NCBI GenBank assembly: GCA_964016885.1 | Contig: OZ024743.1 | Location: 154,814,001 to 154,878,000 of the forward strand | DNA from: Eledone cirrhosa | Taxonomy: Eukaryota | Direction of reading: 5' to 3' | Length of the DNA stretch: 64,000 nt | Part shown: piece after piece, positions 28,011 through 40,310 of the stretch | Position numbering within the stretch: the stretch's first letter is position 1 | How the letters are laid out: the number at the start of each line of letters is the position of its first letter | Position numbers and translations under genes: made by a program | The notes under the pieces: generated by a model | What the model saw: the letters and a program-made list of their open reading frames with translations, nothing else | Told to the model about the DNA's origin: nothing | The model's database searches: none

Positions 28011-29397
28011 ATATATATATAGTGGTAGGCCACTATATATATATATATAATAACAGCAGGTTAGCCTAGTGTAATTCCTTGAAAGTTTTATTACACTATG
28101 ATCATTTCAATGACTGGGCTCAGTATGAATCCGGTGACATCATCATGTATTTGAAATATAACAAAGTAATATAATATACAAAACATATGGGGCTGCAAAT
28201 CAGAGACATGAGGGCGCCCGATCTTGTAGCAGCTTCTACCCCGTCCGACCGCTCTCGAGTGGTGATTATTAAACCTACTTATGTCCATCTGGTAAAGGGG
28301 CGCAGGCTTATAGTGTACTACTACCACCCCATCAATGACAGAGGCCAGCGTTGAGGTCAGCTTACAATCAAACTGGTCATGCTCGCTAGAATGTGCCGCG
28401 AAAAATATTATTTCAAAGAACATATATCTCTTCAACAAAGCTACATATAGTAATATATAGTGGGCGTTTGCATCTCATAAAGTATTGACAGAACAACGAT
28501 TAACAATTAGAAACGTTAAATTTATGTTTTAGTTTAGAAGATGCCATTTAATATGAAATTAGACGAATAAGCTTTTGGTTTAAAGTTATGAGATTTAGTT
28601 AAAGGAATTTACAGAAGCAGGCTTTTATGAAAAAGTTATGGTGTATTATAAATAGCCACGATAAAGTTTCAGGGTAGAATATAGAGTAAAGATGAAGCCC
28701 ATGCTTAGCGGTCAATAACCAGGAACGTGGCGGACCCCGGCCATCCCGTGTCCCAAAGGCGTGTCAGCTGTTCCGAGTATTATCGTCTAGCGAAAGAAAT
28801 TGACATTTAATTTTCCGAGCCTTCCAGGGGTGCTGACGGGAAATCCGCCACCATCGGCTGGCTATCGTATATACCAAACGTTTACTAGTTATCCACACTG
28901 GTGGGGAATTAATTAAGTGCTAGTAGAAGGAGGCATGATAAAGTTAAAAGTTATGATTAAGCCTAGAATTTAAAGGTACTGTTTGGCGGTTAATAACCGG
29001 TGGCGCGGCGGGTTCCAAGTCTGACAGGGCCCTAGGGCGAAGCAGCCGTTCCGAGTAATTTTGTTTGCCGAAAGAAGGGGAAATTTATTTTTCCAAGCAT
29101 TCTAGGAAGTCTGATCGGCCTGAGCGCCTGTCGTGCAGTCGGGAAAGCTGCCACATCCGTCGGATCATCGCGTGTACCAAATGATTATTAGTTATTCACA
29201 CGCGTGATGTGTAGTTGAAAGTGGTAAAATCTGATGGAATTTGCAAATAGACTATATATAGTCCCCAGTTAGTCCGGGTTATATGTAGTGTGGTTCTTGG
29301 GTGGGTAGGGGGAGTGAATAAAGATAAACAGATATAAGGGTACAGAGAGTAATATTCTAGGGTCCTGTGCTAAGGAGTACAATGACAAGTATATAAT

Positions 29398-29528
29398 TGT
29401 TTCTACGTTTTGGCACAATGCCACCAATTATCGAAGTGTATTACTGGTACTTTATTTTATCGACCCCCTAAGGATGAAAGCCAAAGTTAACCTCGGCGGG
29501 ATTTGAACTCAGTCCGTAAAGGGAAGTA
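29398..29528 (-). mobile_element. 5'-truncated tRNA-derived SINE with 17-bp target-site duplication
   Basis: Reverse complement matches the SINE at 55009-55200. TSD aatgacaagtatataat sits at 29381-29397 and 29529-29545. The insertion is absent from the opposite arm. Confidence 0.9.
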
Positions 29529-30063
29529 AATGACAAGTATATAATGAGACTAAAGCAAGTAAATAAATACATAAATAAAATGCAGTCGTATCTAGGGTAG
29601 TGATGTAGGGAGTAAAGAGGAACTATATAAGAACATATCCAATAAATCAAAATAGAGGAGAAATAAAGTACAGATCAAGGTGCAGTTGGAGAATACAAGG
29701 TTATACATATAGATATAGAGAATGGAAGAGTTGGAAGGGCAAAATGTGATACCTAGTGTATGTTCGAGTCTTAATTTTCAATGTGAATCCCCAAAACCCT
29801 GAAATATAGGATAGAGAATTCAGCTTTTTATTTATGTATTTATTTACTCGCTTTACTCTCATTATATACTTGTCCTTGTACTCAATACCACACGACCCTA
29901 CAATATTACTATCTGTACCCTTGTATCTGTTTATCTTTATTCACTCCCCCTACCCACCCAAGAACCACACTACATATATATAGTCTATTTGCAAATTGGG
30001 GGACTATATATAGTCTATTTGCAAATTCCATCAGATTTTACCACTTTCAACTTCACATCACGG

Positions 30064-30284
30064 GTGTGAATAACTAATAATCGTTTGGTACACGCGATGA
30101 TCCGACGGATGTGGCAGCTTTCCCTACTGCACGACAGGCGGTCAGGCCGATCAGTCTTCCTAGAGTGCTTGGAAAAATAAATTTCCCCTTCTTTCGGCAA
30201 ACGAAATTACTCGGAACGGCTGCTTCGCCCTGGGGCCCTGTCAGACTTGGAACCCGCCACGCCACCGGTTATTGACCGCCAAAC
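30064..30284 (+). ncRNA. Unclassified putative structured RNA unit B (mirror copy 28981-29201, minus)
   Basis: Nested helices AAUAACU/GGUUAUU, GUGGC/GCCAC, UUCC/GGAA, GACAGG/CCUGUC, UCAGG/CCUGG, CAGUC/GGCUG and UUCC..GAGU/ACUCGGAA. Confidence 0.5.
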
Positions 30285-30366
30285 ATTACCTTTAAATGCT
30301 GGGCTTAATCATAACTTTTAACTTTATCATGCTTCCTTCTACTAGCACTTAACTAATTCCCCATCA

Positions 30367-30586
30367 GTGTGAATAACCAGTAACCGTTTGGTATATACGA
30401 TGGCCAGTCGGCGGTGGCGGACTTCCCGTTAACACACCCGACGCTTAAGACAATTACATTCCAGGAGTGCTTAGAAAAATAAATGTCCATTTCTTTTGCT
30501 AGACGATAATACTTGGAACGGCTACACTAGGTGTAGCCCCGGGCTAGAGGGGGCTCCGCTATGCCGCTGGTTATTGATCGCTAAGC
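30367..30586 (+). ncRNA. Unclassified putative structured RNA unit A (mirror copy 28703-28898, minus)
   Basis: Paralogous to unit B. Helices AAUAACCAG/CUGGUUAUU, GUGGCGGA/UCCGCUAU and UUCC..GAGU/ACUUGGAA. Confidence 0.45.
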
Positions 30587-30719
30587 ATGGGCTTAAACTT
30601 TACTCTATATTCTAGCCTGAAACTTAATCGTGACTATCTATAATACACTTAAACTTTTCTATAAAACCTCCTTCTGTAAATTCCTTTAACTAAATCTCAT
30701 AACTTTAAACCTAAATCTT

Positions 30720-31502
30720 TGTAACGAATAATCCAGTTGTAACGGATAAGTGGAATTGTTGGTATGATGGTTTCAATGCAAAGAATAATACCAGGATTGT
30801 GTTGTTACAATGTTTATTTTATTATAATAATATTCCATTTGATTATTGAATGATAATATTCGTACAATAAGTAGGTGGCTCTTCGAATATACAAGTATCA
30901 CAGAAAACGATTATAATATAATCGTATTGTATCTGAAAGATACAATTTCACAAACAGAAATGGTGCTTGTAAAAATGCAAACAGTGTGAACTTACTATGT
31001 GTACGTTTGTGCGTATTAGTATACTTTCTTGTTTTAGCAGTAGTAGTAATCAATCAGCCAGGCGGGTAAAGCCTGTGAGAAATTAATAGACAGACGTTTT
31101 TCGTGAAGGGAGTTTTGACAGCGTAAGTGAAATACCTCTGTTCTTGTCTGTGGTATCAATTTTTCTGCCGACCGTAAACAACCCTTGTATTTATAAGGGT
31201 TGAAGTTAGAAGCATAGATATATCCTCTGAGCTCTTTTCTGCACGCTTAAACAACCTCTGACATGGGTTTAGCATCTCCCAAGGGGTTGGATTGCCGGGT
31301 GTAAACAACCCTTGTATTTACAACGGCTGAAGTTAGAAGGATGGATATATCATCTGCCCTCTTTTCTGCCTGGTGTAAACAACATCTGACCTGCGTTTAG
31401 CATCTCCCAAGGGGTTGGTCTGTCGGGCGTAAACAACTAACCACGGCTTGTCCCAGAGGCGGGAAAGCTCAGATTCGGTTTTGACTCTTCGCCGCCGTTA
31501 TA
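30720..31502 (-). repeat. 3' LTR of Gypsy element (~783 bp)
   Basis: Inverted termini TGTAACG...CGTTATA. A polypurine tract GGGAGGGGG (minus strand, 31507-31515) lies immediately upstream. Confidence 0.75.
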
Positions 31503-34500
31503 GTAGCCCCCTCCCAGTGAGAAAGCTAAAGATTGAACGATCTAGGTAAATGTGAAATTAAGATGACTAGGTGTTTTGTTAAATAAAATCAGAAAAAAAA
31601 ATACATTAAAGTCATTTATAAACAGGCGAAATGAAAGAAATCATGCACAGCAAAACAAATTTCGATGCAGGAAAATGTACTGTGATGTTACATAAAATTG
31701 AAAATGTTCATTCATTTCATAGAAATGGGAAAATGTTCTTTTATCTGTTCTCTTGAAGTGTATGATGCGCAGAGTCAATTGATTTTTGTGTAGCAATAGT
31801 TCATGACCACAGAAAGTGGACGATTCGTTGAAATGTACAAATTAGTCGAAATGTCGACTAGGTGCATAATTTGTACTTACCCGATAAACTTGTACGTATC
31901 GCGTGGGCCATCGAACTGTTCCTCCATATTTTGTGTGTCGGGGTTGTGCAGGATTTGTTGTGTTTGTGCCGGGTAAAGTTGTTGGTGAGTCTGCTGGAGA
32001 AATGGTGGGTACTGGTGGAAAATCCTGTTCCATGAACGCTTTTTTTAAACCGTCAATGGAGACGGTATTTCGTTTCCCGTTCAAGTCGAGGATGAATTAA
32101 TTAGGGTGTTTCTGTATCACATTATAGGGCCCGGAATACGGCGGACGAGGTTGCGTTGGAATACCGTCATTTCTAACGAAAACATGCATCCATGTATCGA
32201 TGTATTTTGGTATGGTCGAATTAACGTGCTGTTGTTTAGGGGCTGAAGGAGACAGGTGCGACATCGATGACCGTAAACGGTGCACATATTTTGTTGGGTC
32301 TGGAAGTTCTTGTGTCAAAACAGGAGCGAACCTTTGTCCTGGTACAGCGAGTACAGTCCATAAACCATTTTAGCCGGATAATGTCCGACTCCCTCCTTAA
32401 CAGTGGAACGAATACCAGGAAGAATGAGTGGGAGGTATTCGAACCAGTTAGTGGAGTCTGTGGAAGCCTTGATGGCTGATTTTAGCTGACGGTGGAAACG
32501 TTCTAACATGCCGTTAGCTGCAGGGTGATACGCCGTTGTACGGATGTGTTTACACCCGAGGAAACGAGTCAACACGGTAAAGAGCTACGAATCTAACTGA
32601 CGTCCTCTATCCGTAGTGATGGTCGCGGGCGTGCCGAAACGCGAAACCCAGTGAAACATTAGTGTTTTGGCGACAGTTTCCACGGTAATATCCGTCAGGG
32701 GAAAAGCTTCTGGCCAACGACAGAATCAGTCGACACAGGTGTGAATATGAGTGTAGTTGTGAGAAGAAGGCAAAGGTCCAACGATGTCTATGTGCACATG
32801 TTGGAATCGTGCATCAAGTGTTGCGAAAGAACCGTTCGGGGCTTTGTTGCGCCGGCAAATGTTCGCCTTCTGGCACACGATACAGGTCCTAGCCCATTCG
32901 CTGGTGTCCTTGTTGATATTGGGCCACACAAAGCGGGCAACCATCAGTCTCTTCGTGATAGTTCCTCGTCATCCTGTTGATCCGCTGAAATCTTCTGGAG
33001 ATCGATAGTGGCAGTGATGTGGATTTCGTTAAGCTCCATGTGCGACAGGACATCACCTGCTGAGTTGGTGGCACCCTTAATGTACCGTTTGTCAGTAGTG
33101 TACTGAGAAATCAAGTCCAGATGTCGGACCTCCCTGGGTGAATGGCGATCAGGCTTGGCGTTGAACGCGTACACTATTGGTTTGTGGTCGGTGTATATGG
33201 AGAACACACGTCCTTCTAGCATGTGTCGAAAATGCTTGACAGCAAGCTGTGCTGCCAATAAATCACGACTGAATGTGCTGCACCTAGTTTCGGCGGGATT
33301 TAATCACTTAGAGAAAAAAGATACAGGTCGCTAAATATCGCCAGAGAGTTGTTGAAGCACACCGCCAACTCCCTAATTGGATGCATCAGTCAATAAACAC
33401 ATTGGGGCGTCAGGTTTGGGGTAACTCAGATTGGTAGCTTCAGACAACATCTTCTTCAACTCAGCGAAAGCGTTACATTCTCTTTCGCTGAGATTGATGT
33501 TTGCGTTTTTAGGTGTACGCTGCCGCAGCAAATATGTGAGCGGTTAGGCTGACTCTGCACATTGGGGTATAAATCTTCTGTAGTAGTTCACCAGGCCAGG
33601 AAATTCTCGCAGTTTGCGAGGAAAATGTGGACTGTGGAAAATCAATGATGGATTTGACCTTCTCCTTACTTGGGCGAATGCCAGCTCCATCAATGATATG
33701 TCCAAGAAAATGAAGGGACGCAACTCCGAACTCACATTTGCTGGGGTTGATAACAATTCCGTATTCTCGCAAACGTGCGAATAGCAGGTGCAGGTGCCTC
33801 TCATGTTCTTCAACGGAGCCGCTGGCCACCAGTAACTCCTCGATGTATTCGTATACAAAAGGTAGACGTCTGGTGACTGTATCGATGAATCGTTGCAATG
33901 CCTGCGCTGCATTACGCAAACCTAAAGGCATACGCAGGAATTCGAACATTCCAAAGGGTGTTGTGACGGTGGTCTTTGGAATATCAGCGGGCTCCAGAGG
34001 TATCTGATTGTAAGCTCGCACACTATCGATCTTCGAAAATATGCGAGATCCGTGCAGCCAACTAGAGAAGTCATGTAGATGAGGAACTGGATAGGAGTCA
34101 GGCACAGTGCAGTTGTTCAGTGCACGGAAGTCGCCACCGATTCGCCAGTCGTTCGTCGACATCTTGTGTACACAATGTATGGGTGAGAACCAGTTGCTAC
34201 TTGACGGACGTATGACGCCGAGATCCAGCATGTGTTGAAATTCTTGTCTGACGGAATTCAGACGGTCTAGAGGTAGCCTTCGAGGTCGTGCAGCGACAGG
34301 TGGGACGTGGGTTTTTATGTGGTGGGTGACGTCATGTTTTCCAGGGCAGGCGTTGAATACGGATCGAGCAACGTCTGGGTATTTGTTGATTATATGGTTG
34401 TCGCGGGATGTTGTTGCCGATCGCGAAATGACTGGACTGAATGTGGCTGTCCGAGCGGCTATGCCGCGCACAGCGAGCCCAGTGGAGTTGTCAACGAGTC

Positions 34501-35600
34501 GATGGTTTTTCAGGTCCACTAGCAGTGAAAACTGCTGAAGAAAATCAGTCCTAAAATATGGGTCGGCAGCTTAGCCACAACGAATAACCACTAGAAAGTG
34601 CGGTGTAGTCCTAAATTTAGTGTCCGGCACCGCTCTCCGTAGGTTGGAATAGGTGAATGATTCTCCGCATGGAACCAGGTTGGTGTTTCTTTCCTTTTTG
34701 CAGGAACGCAGAAAACCGGGGTGATGCTGACTTCAGCCCCGGTGTCGACCAGGAACGCGTGCCTGCAACGCGATCCTGAATGAAAAACAGGTAACTTTGA
34801 TTATGAGGGCCAGAAAAGTCCGTCGCATTCAGTTTTCTGGCTGTGTCGTTTCTCTGTTTCGATCTCGGCACAAATGAACAGGGATAGCTGTACTTGCGTG
34901 CCCGTCTTCCTAATTTTTGGTGGGAGCAACGCATTTCTGGTGAATCACTACCAAATCGGCAAGTTCCACTGTTAGACCTACGCTTGCCATGGTTACCCTG
35001 TGACAAGTTCTGAATTTGTTGCGTCAAGACCTGTGTTGCTTGCTGTGCCAGTAACTGGTGTAGATCGGGCATATTTGTGGCACTGGATGGCTGAAGGAAA
35101 GGATTCGTGAAGGCACGGCTGGCGTCACATTCGCTAAAGTTGAGTAGGGATGGTACCTCCATGATCTTATCTGCCAGCTTGACGAGCTCTTTAATGGAGG
35201 TGGACTCTCTGGTGGGGGCTAAGATAACTTGTGTGGCAGAAGGCATACGCAGAAGGCATAACTTGTGTGGCAGAAGGCATACGCAAGAGTTGCTTGAACA
35301 TGTCATCTGTGAGTTTATGTTCTCCCAGGAACTGCTTCATTCGCCGTAGGAGTTGCGTCGGCTTTTTATCTCATAATTCCTCCGATATGAGAAGTTGGTG
35401 CAAGCTGTTCTTCTGCGTCTCCGACGTCCTCTTAATTAACGTCGTTTTAAATGTGTCCTATGATACAGAGCCGGTTGGTGCTAAAATGAGGTCTCAAACC
35501 TCATTCATAATATCCGGAGGCTTCGAACCAATGACGTGTGAGACGAGATGTCCTGCCAACGATCCGGTTCGATGTAATCGATGTGCGCAAACCACACATG
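30720..35600 (-). mobile_element. Ty3/Gypsy LTR retrotransposon, degenerate, 5' LTR missing
   Basis: gag (LHQLLISEEL...KPTQLLRRMKQ; LADKIME), protease region (LFFIQDR...), RT (WRIGGDFRALN, FSKIDSVRAYNQIP, TPFGMFEF, YIEELLVAS), RNase H (AVKHFRHMLEGR...TDHKP) and integrase (HVHIDIVGPLP, TTAYHPAANGMLERFHRQLK), in RT-RH-IN order. Confidence 0.95.
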
Positions 35601-36007
35601 TCTCAACGGACATGGAAGAAAGAAGTATCAGTTTATTTACTATACACAATAATATCCTCTATGAGGTCTCTAAAACTGCTGGAAACAGCAGCTAAATCTC
35701 CCCCATATCACACCTCTCCCTTCTCTCTTAAATTTGGAAAACACACATTAGACAACCATGCACAACAAGACCATCGAAGCTCTGTTGTTCAGCTGGCATC
35801 ATCTACGCGCGTGTTGCGCAATAACTGTGAAACAATAAATTTAAACACTTCTTTGCCCAGAGATAATATCCATAGGCGAAACTACAATTGTCACTGCTGG
35901 CGCAGCTCCTGCTTTGGCAGTCCACGTCTGCACTTCATTCACCCAATGCCTGGCAGACAAAAAGTTGGTGCCATAAAATGTGTGGTGCAACTTTGGTAAC
36001 TTACTGA

Positions 36008-36036
36008 CTCCGAGCAACGCCGGGCTTTAATGCTAG
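36008..36036 (+). mobile_element. Helitron 3' terminus
   Basis: Subterminal hairpin ccgagc-aac-gccgg, then ~9 nt, then CTAG followed by T. Confidence 0.7.
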
Positions 36037-36119
<83 letters not shown>

Positions 36120-36594
36120 TTAAGGGTACTATTTATGGTTATGTATGTAATAAAACCTTTAATGGTAATATATTATATATACAAACCTTAAATAGTGAAA
36201 GATAGTCATTAATTACTATCCTATTACCAGTAAGATAAATACCTCAATGTAATAACATCAGTTGCTCTAGACTGCCAACGCTTCATGTTTATCTTTATTT
36301 TCATTCTTGCTTATTTAATTTATTAATTCTTCACAGAGCTTAAAAGTGACCAGTTGCAACATATATATATCTATAACTTTATGTATATGTAAACCTTTAT
36401 ATTTAATAATCTCCCGTTAGGTTGAGATTCAATTTGGCGATATGTGGCTGCGCTTTCTAGCAGCAAGCCTATCCGCCGTAAGCAACCAATCACATTCTTT
36501 CTAGCTTGACCACAGCCACATAGCGATTCTTAGCCATTTTTGAATCTAATTTTGGCGCAATCGGGTTAGAAAACTAGATGTCTGATTTTGAGTT

Positions 36595-36673
36595 TGTCTC
36601 CTGATGAATCCTAACTCAAGACATTCCGATTATTTGGATGTCCAAAAATACGGATGAAACCATGGTACAGATA
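36595..36673 (+). ncRNA. Minimal hammerhead ribozyme with extended stem II
   Basis: UGUCUC-CUGAUGA-AUCC...GGAU-GAAA-CCAUGG-UA-CAGAUA. It lies between ~95-bp direct repeats (36311-36405 and 36961-37058), a pseudo-LTR-like arrangement. Confidence 0.8.
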
Positions 36674-37057
36674 TAATTACGGTATGTACACATTTCTTCT
36701 AAGTTTAATTTTACAACTAATTGTGTATGGTTGATGATATATTTAGTCAGTTTCTACATGCTGTCGAAATGTTGGATAAATAATCTATTGGGGCCACCGC
36801 GAAGAGGCCAATTTGTCGGAGATTTCTTCATAAGAGCCTTTCTTCTTATAGCTTGATCTAATTGATTTTTTTATATGGTTAATTATGCTAATTAGAAGAG
36901 GAAATATTATATATGTTATCTAATAATTCTAAGCACATGATTTATGATATATTGCTCTGATTATTTAATTTATTAATTCTTCATAGAGCTTACAAGTGAC
37001 CGCGGTTGCAATATATATATATATCTATAACTTTGTGTATATGTAAACCTTTATATT

Positions 37058-37103
<46 letters not shown>

Positions 37104-37120
37104 CATTTTTGTATCATATG

Positions 37121-37173
<53 letters not shown>

Positions 37174-37914
37174 GTATCTCTGTGTATCTCTGTGTATCTC
37201 TGTTCCTATCCATTCTAAAACGCCACGACCAAATCAATTCAAATTTACAAGGTAATATTAGACCCGGTAGTGTCAACATGTAATATTTATTTTCATTTAG
37301 ATTAAAACAATATAATCTGTTATCTAAAATAGTCATTCTATAGTCAACTAAGATAAATGACGACCACCATTACCACTAAGAGGTTGATGACGTCACATTT
37401 TGTATATGAATGGGTTTGTCTCTGTAGTGTGTGTGTGTGTTCGACTTCGTAACGTACGTTAGACCTCAGATAATTAAACAAACACATACACATCTTCACA
37501 TACATATACATATGTAGTGACCGAAAATAATAGATGTGCGTGAATGTATGTCCTTCTGTGTCTGCTTTAGTATATGTATGTGAGAATGCATGTCTAAATA
37601 TGTGTGGTAATTTTTATTTTAACATTAGACCTCAGAATATTAAACACACACACATCTATACATACAAATACATATTTGTTGACAGACAAGTAATAGGTGT
37701 GTGTGAATGTATGCCTGTGTATATCTTAGTATATATCTGTGTATATGTAAATGCCTGTGAGGGTGTATGTGTGTGTGTGTGTTTGAGAGTATGTGTGATC
37801 ATTTTTATTTTCATTTAGATTAAAACAATCGAAAACAACATAACGACGTCACATTTTTTATATGAATATGGATGTGTCTGTGTGTGTGTGCGGGATTTCA
37901 TAATTTACGGTATT

Positions 37915-37982
<68 letters not shown>

Positions 37983-37984
<2 letters not shown>

Positions 37985-38738
37985 CCGAATATATCAAAAG
38001 CATGTATTGAGTTAGAAACTGAAAAGAGTCTCATTACAGTAAAATTAGCTCTAGGAAAAAGGTTTTTGATATATTCGGCTCCATTAATACGTAGAGCTAA
38101 TTCAATTGTCGTGTAGACTTTGTTGCTATTTTTCGTGACGTGAGTCTGCGCGACGCGCTAAGTTCAGGAAACATGTGCGTTACATATACACCCGCTATCC
38201 AGTTTTTTATTTTATTTAGAAGTGATCTGGATTCTAATTGATGAGCTAAGAATTTGATATACCTCTTCACAATTAATATTGCGAAATGGTTCCATCAAGA
38301 ACCGTCCGGGTGATGGGTAGTTACCACGATACTGATTTGTATTTATTTTTCTTGATTTATTCTTAATTTTTTCTTTTTTGTTCAAATATACTATACGGCT
38401 CGGAAAAACGGTTTTCCTGGAGCTAATTCTACTGTAATGAGACTATTTTGAGTTTCTAACTCAATACATGCTTTTGATATATTCGGCTCCGTTAAATCCT
38501 AGAGCTAATTGAATTGTCGTGAAGACCCTTCTGCTATTTTTAGTGACGTGAAACACACTATCCAGTTCTTTATTTAATTTAGAAGTGATCAGGATTCTAA
38601 TTCTTCACCCGCTGATGCGCTAATACTTTGATATACCTCTTCACAATTAATATTGCGAAATGGTCAATCAAAACACGTCCCTGTGATGGGTAGTTACCAC
38701 AATACTCGTTTGTATTTATTTTTCTTGATTTATTCTTA
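37983..38738 (+). repeat. Inverted-plus-tandem repeat module (inverted 37983-38059/38412-38488; direct ~38064-38365/~38472-38738) with two degenerate hammerhead motifs
   Basis: Repeats are directly readable. Motifs are UUGAUGA-GC...UGC-GAAA-UGGUUCCA-UC-AAGAA (38238-38301) and CUGAUGC-GC...UGC-GAAA (38612-38660). Confidence 0.75.
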
Positions 38739-38984
38739 AATTGAGTCTAGCAAACCCTATTGTCTGTAGTTAGAAAGTTTTCACCTTAGCGTTTCTGGTC
38801 CATTACGATTTGAACGCATAGATGTATATGTCTGTGGTCGCTTTTATTCTTTGTTCAGTGATAATATATATAAATATATATATATGTATCTATATATATA
38901 TATACACACACACATACACACACAGACACACACATGAACACACACACATACACACACACACATATATATATATATATTCATACA

Positions 38985-40310
38985 CAAGATATCGATTTCA
39001 TAAATATTAAGCATAAACATAATTATAAGTTTATTCAAAAAGATATAGCCAGTTATTATTCCTTGATAACTCCCAATCTATTTAATAAGGCGCTATTTTA
39101 TGCATGCACACACACAGACGTATCTAGTGAGGAGATTATATTAACGGCAAGGCGAACTTTGATAGATTTTAATAATGTTCTCTGCACTGAGGCTGATAGA
39201 TTGAAGAATGTTGACATTACGATGAGTTCTTCGGACTCGGCCCAAGTTACAGACATAGTGGGCATTTTATCCTTAAACAGGATGAATAGAAAATTGCCGG
39301 AGATTACCGGAGGTTTATATATGGCCGACATACTAATTATTGTGGAAAAACATAACAATAGTGAACTAAATAGAATAAAGAAAGCAATTATAGAATATTT
39401 TTTTAAATTACGACATGAAATTAGAAATAGAAAATAATACTAAAATAGTTAACTTTTTGGATGTGAGACTAAATCTTAACTCAGGCCTTTATTACCCTTT
39501 CCACAATGCTAATGAGAATTATGTTAGTTTCTTATTCTAATCATCCTAATTATGTTAGTTTTTATTCTAATCATCATAAAGGTGTTAAGATTGCGAATAG
39601 AGTACAACACAGATTATCCAGGCTTTCTACTAATAGATCTATATTTAATAGTAAGGTTGTATATTATAATGAAGCGCTACATAAAGCTGGACATAACAAT
39701 GACATTGAGTATATAGATAAAAATACTGAAATCCAACAAAATAATATTTATTATAATCATCATAAAAATTAATATAAACATAACAAATGGAGAATTAATC
39801 AAAGAAGAAAGTAAGAACTAGATCTATAATTTGGTATGCACCGCCAATATCCTTAGGTATAAAGACATCTCTAGCTCACTTATTCTTTAAAGCTTTAGAT
39901 AAATGCTTCCCTAGATCTTATAAATATTATCTATCTTCAATAGACATACAGTTAAGTTATCTTAGTCAACTGCTATGAATATAGCTCAAAATATAGCAAA
40001 ATTAAATAATAAGAATCTAAAATCAAACCAACCTCTACTAAGCAATAATAATAATAATAATATATTAATTAATAGAAATAACAATAGCAATAGTCTAAAC
40101 ATGAATAATAGTATAATACCTTTAACTAGCAATGTGAATGGTATAATACCTTTAAATAACAATGAGAATAAATGTAATCGTAGAAATAGATCCGCATGCC
40201 CACTATAAAATAATTGCCAAGATAAAAATATTTTATATAAATGTACCATTAAGGCAAATGGTAATGTCTATAATTTCATAGGTTCCACTTCATCTAAATT
40301 TCAGGACCAG
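38985..40310 (+). mobile_element. Naiad-like Penelope RT + start of GIY-YIG, degenerate
   Basis: FIQKDIASYYSLI, ILTARRTL, DITMSSSDSAQVTDIVG, GGLYMAD, VNFLDVRLNL, SNH, IIWYAPP, KCNRRNRSACPL and ILYKCTI...FIGST. Confidence 0.85.

Larger units (their letters stand above)
28569..30719. repeat. Long inverted repeat (arms ~28569-29583 and ~29823-30719, spacer ~240 bp)
   Basis: The arms align collinearly as reverse complements, e.g. ggtttaaagttatgagatttagttaaaggaatttacagaag at 28577 versus its complement ending at 30711. The left arm carries a SINE insertion; the right arm abuts the Gypsy LTR. Confidence 0.93.

Noticed and set aside
28985-29030. GGUUCCAAGUC resembling a twister ribozyme loop
   Set aside because: The downstream GAGGG-type pseudoknot partner and compact P1/P2 layout are missing, and G-U pairing points to the other strand as sense.
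31165-31440. CRISPR-like repeat array
   Set aside because: The spacers are themselves repeated, the context is a eukaryotic LTR, and there are no cas genes.
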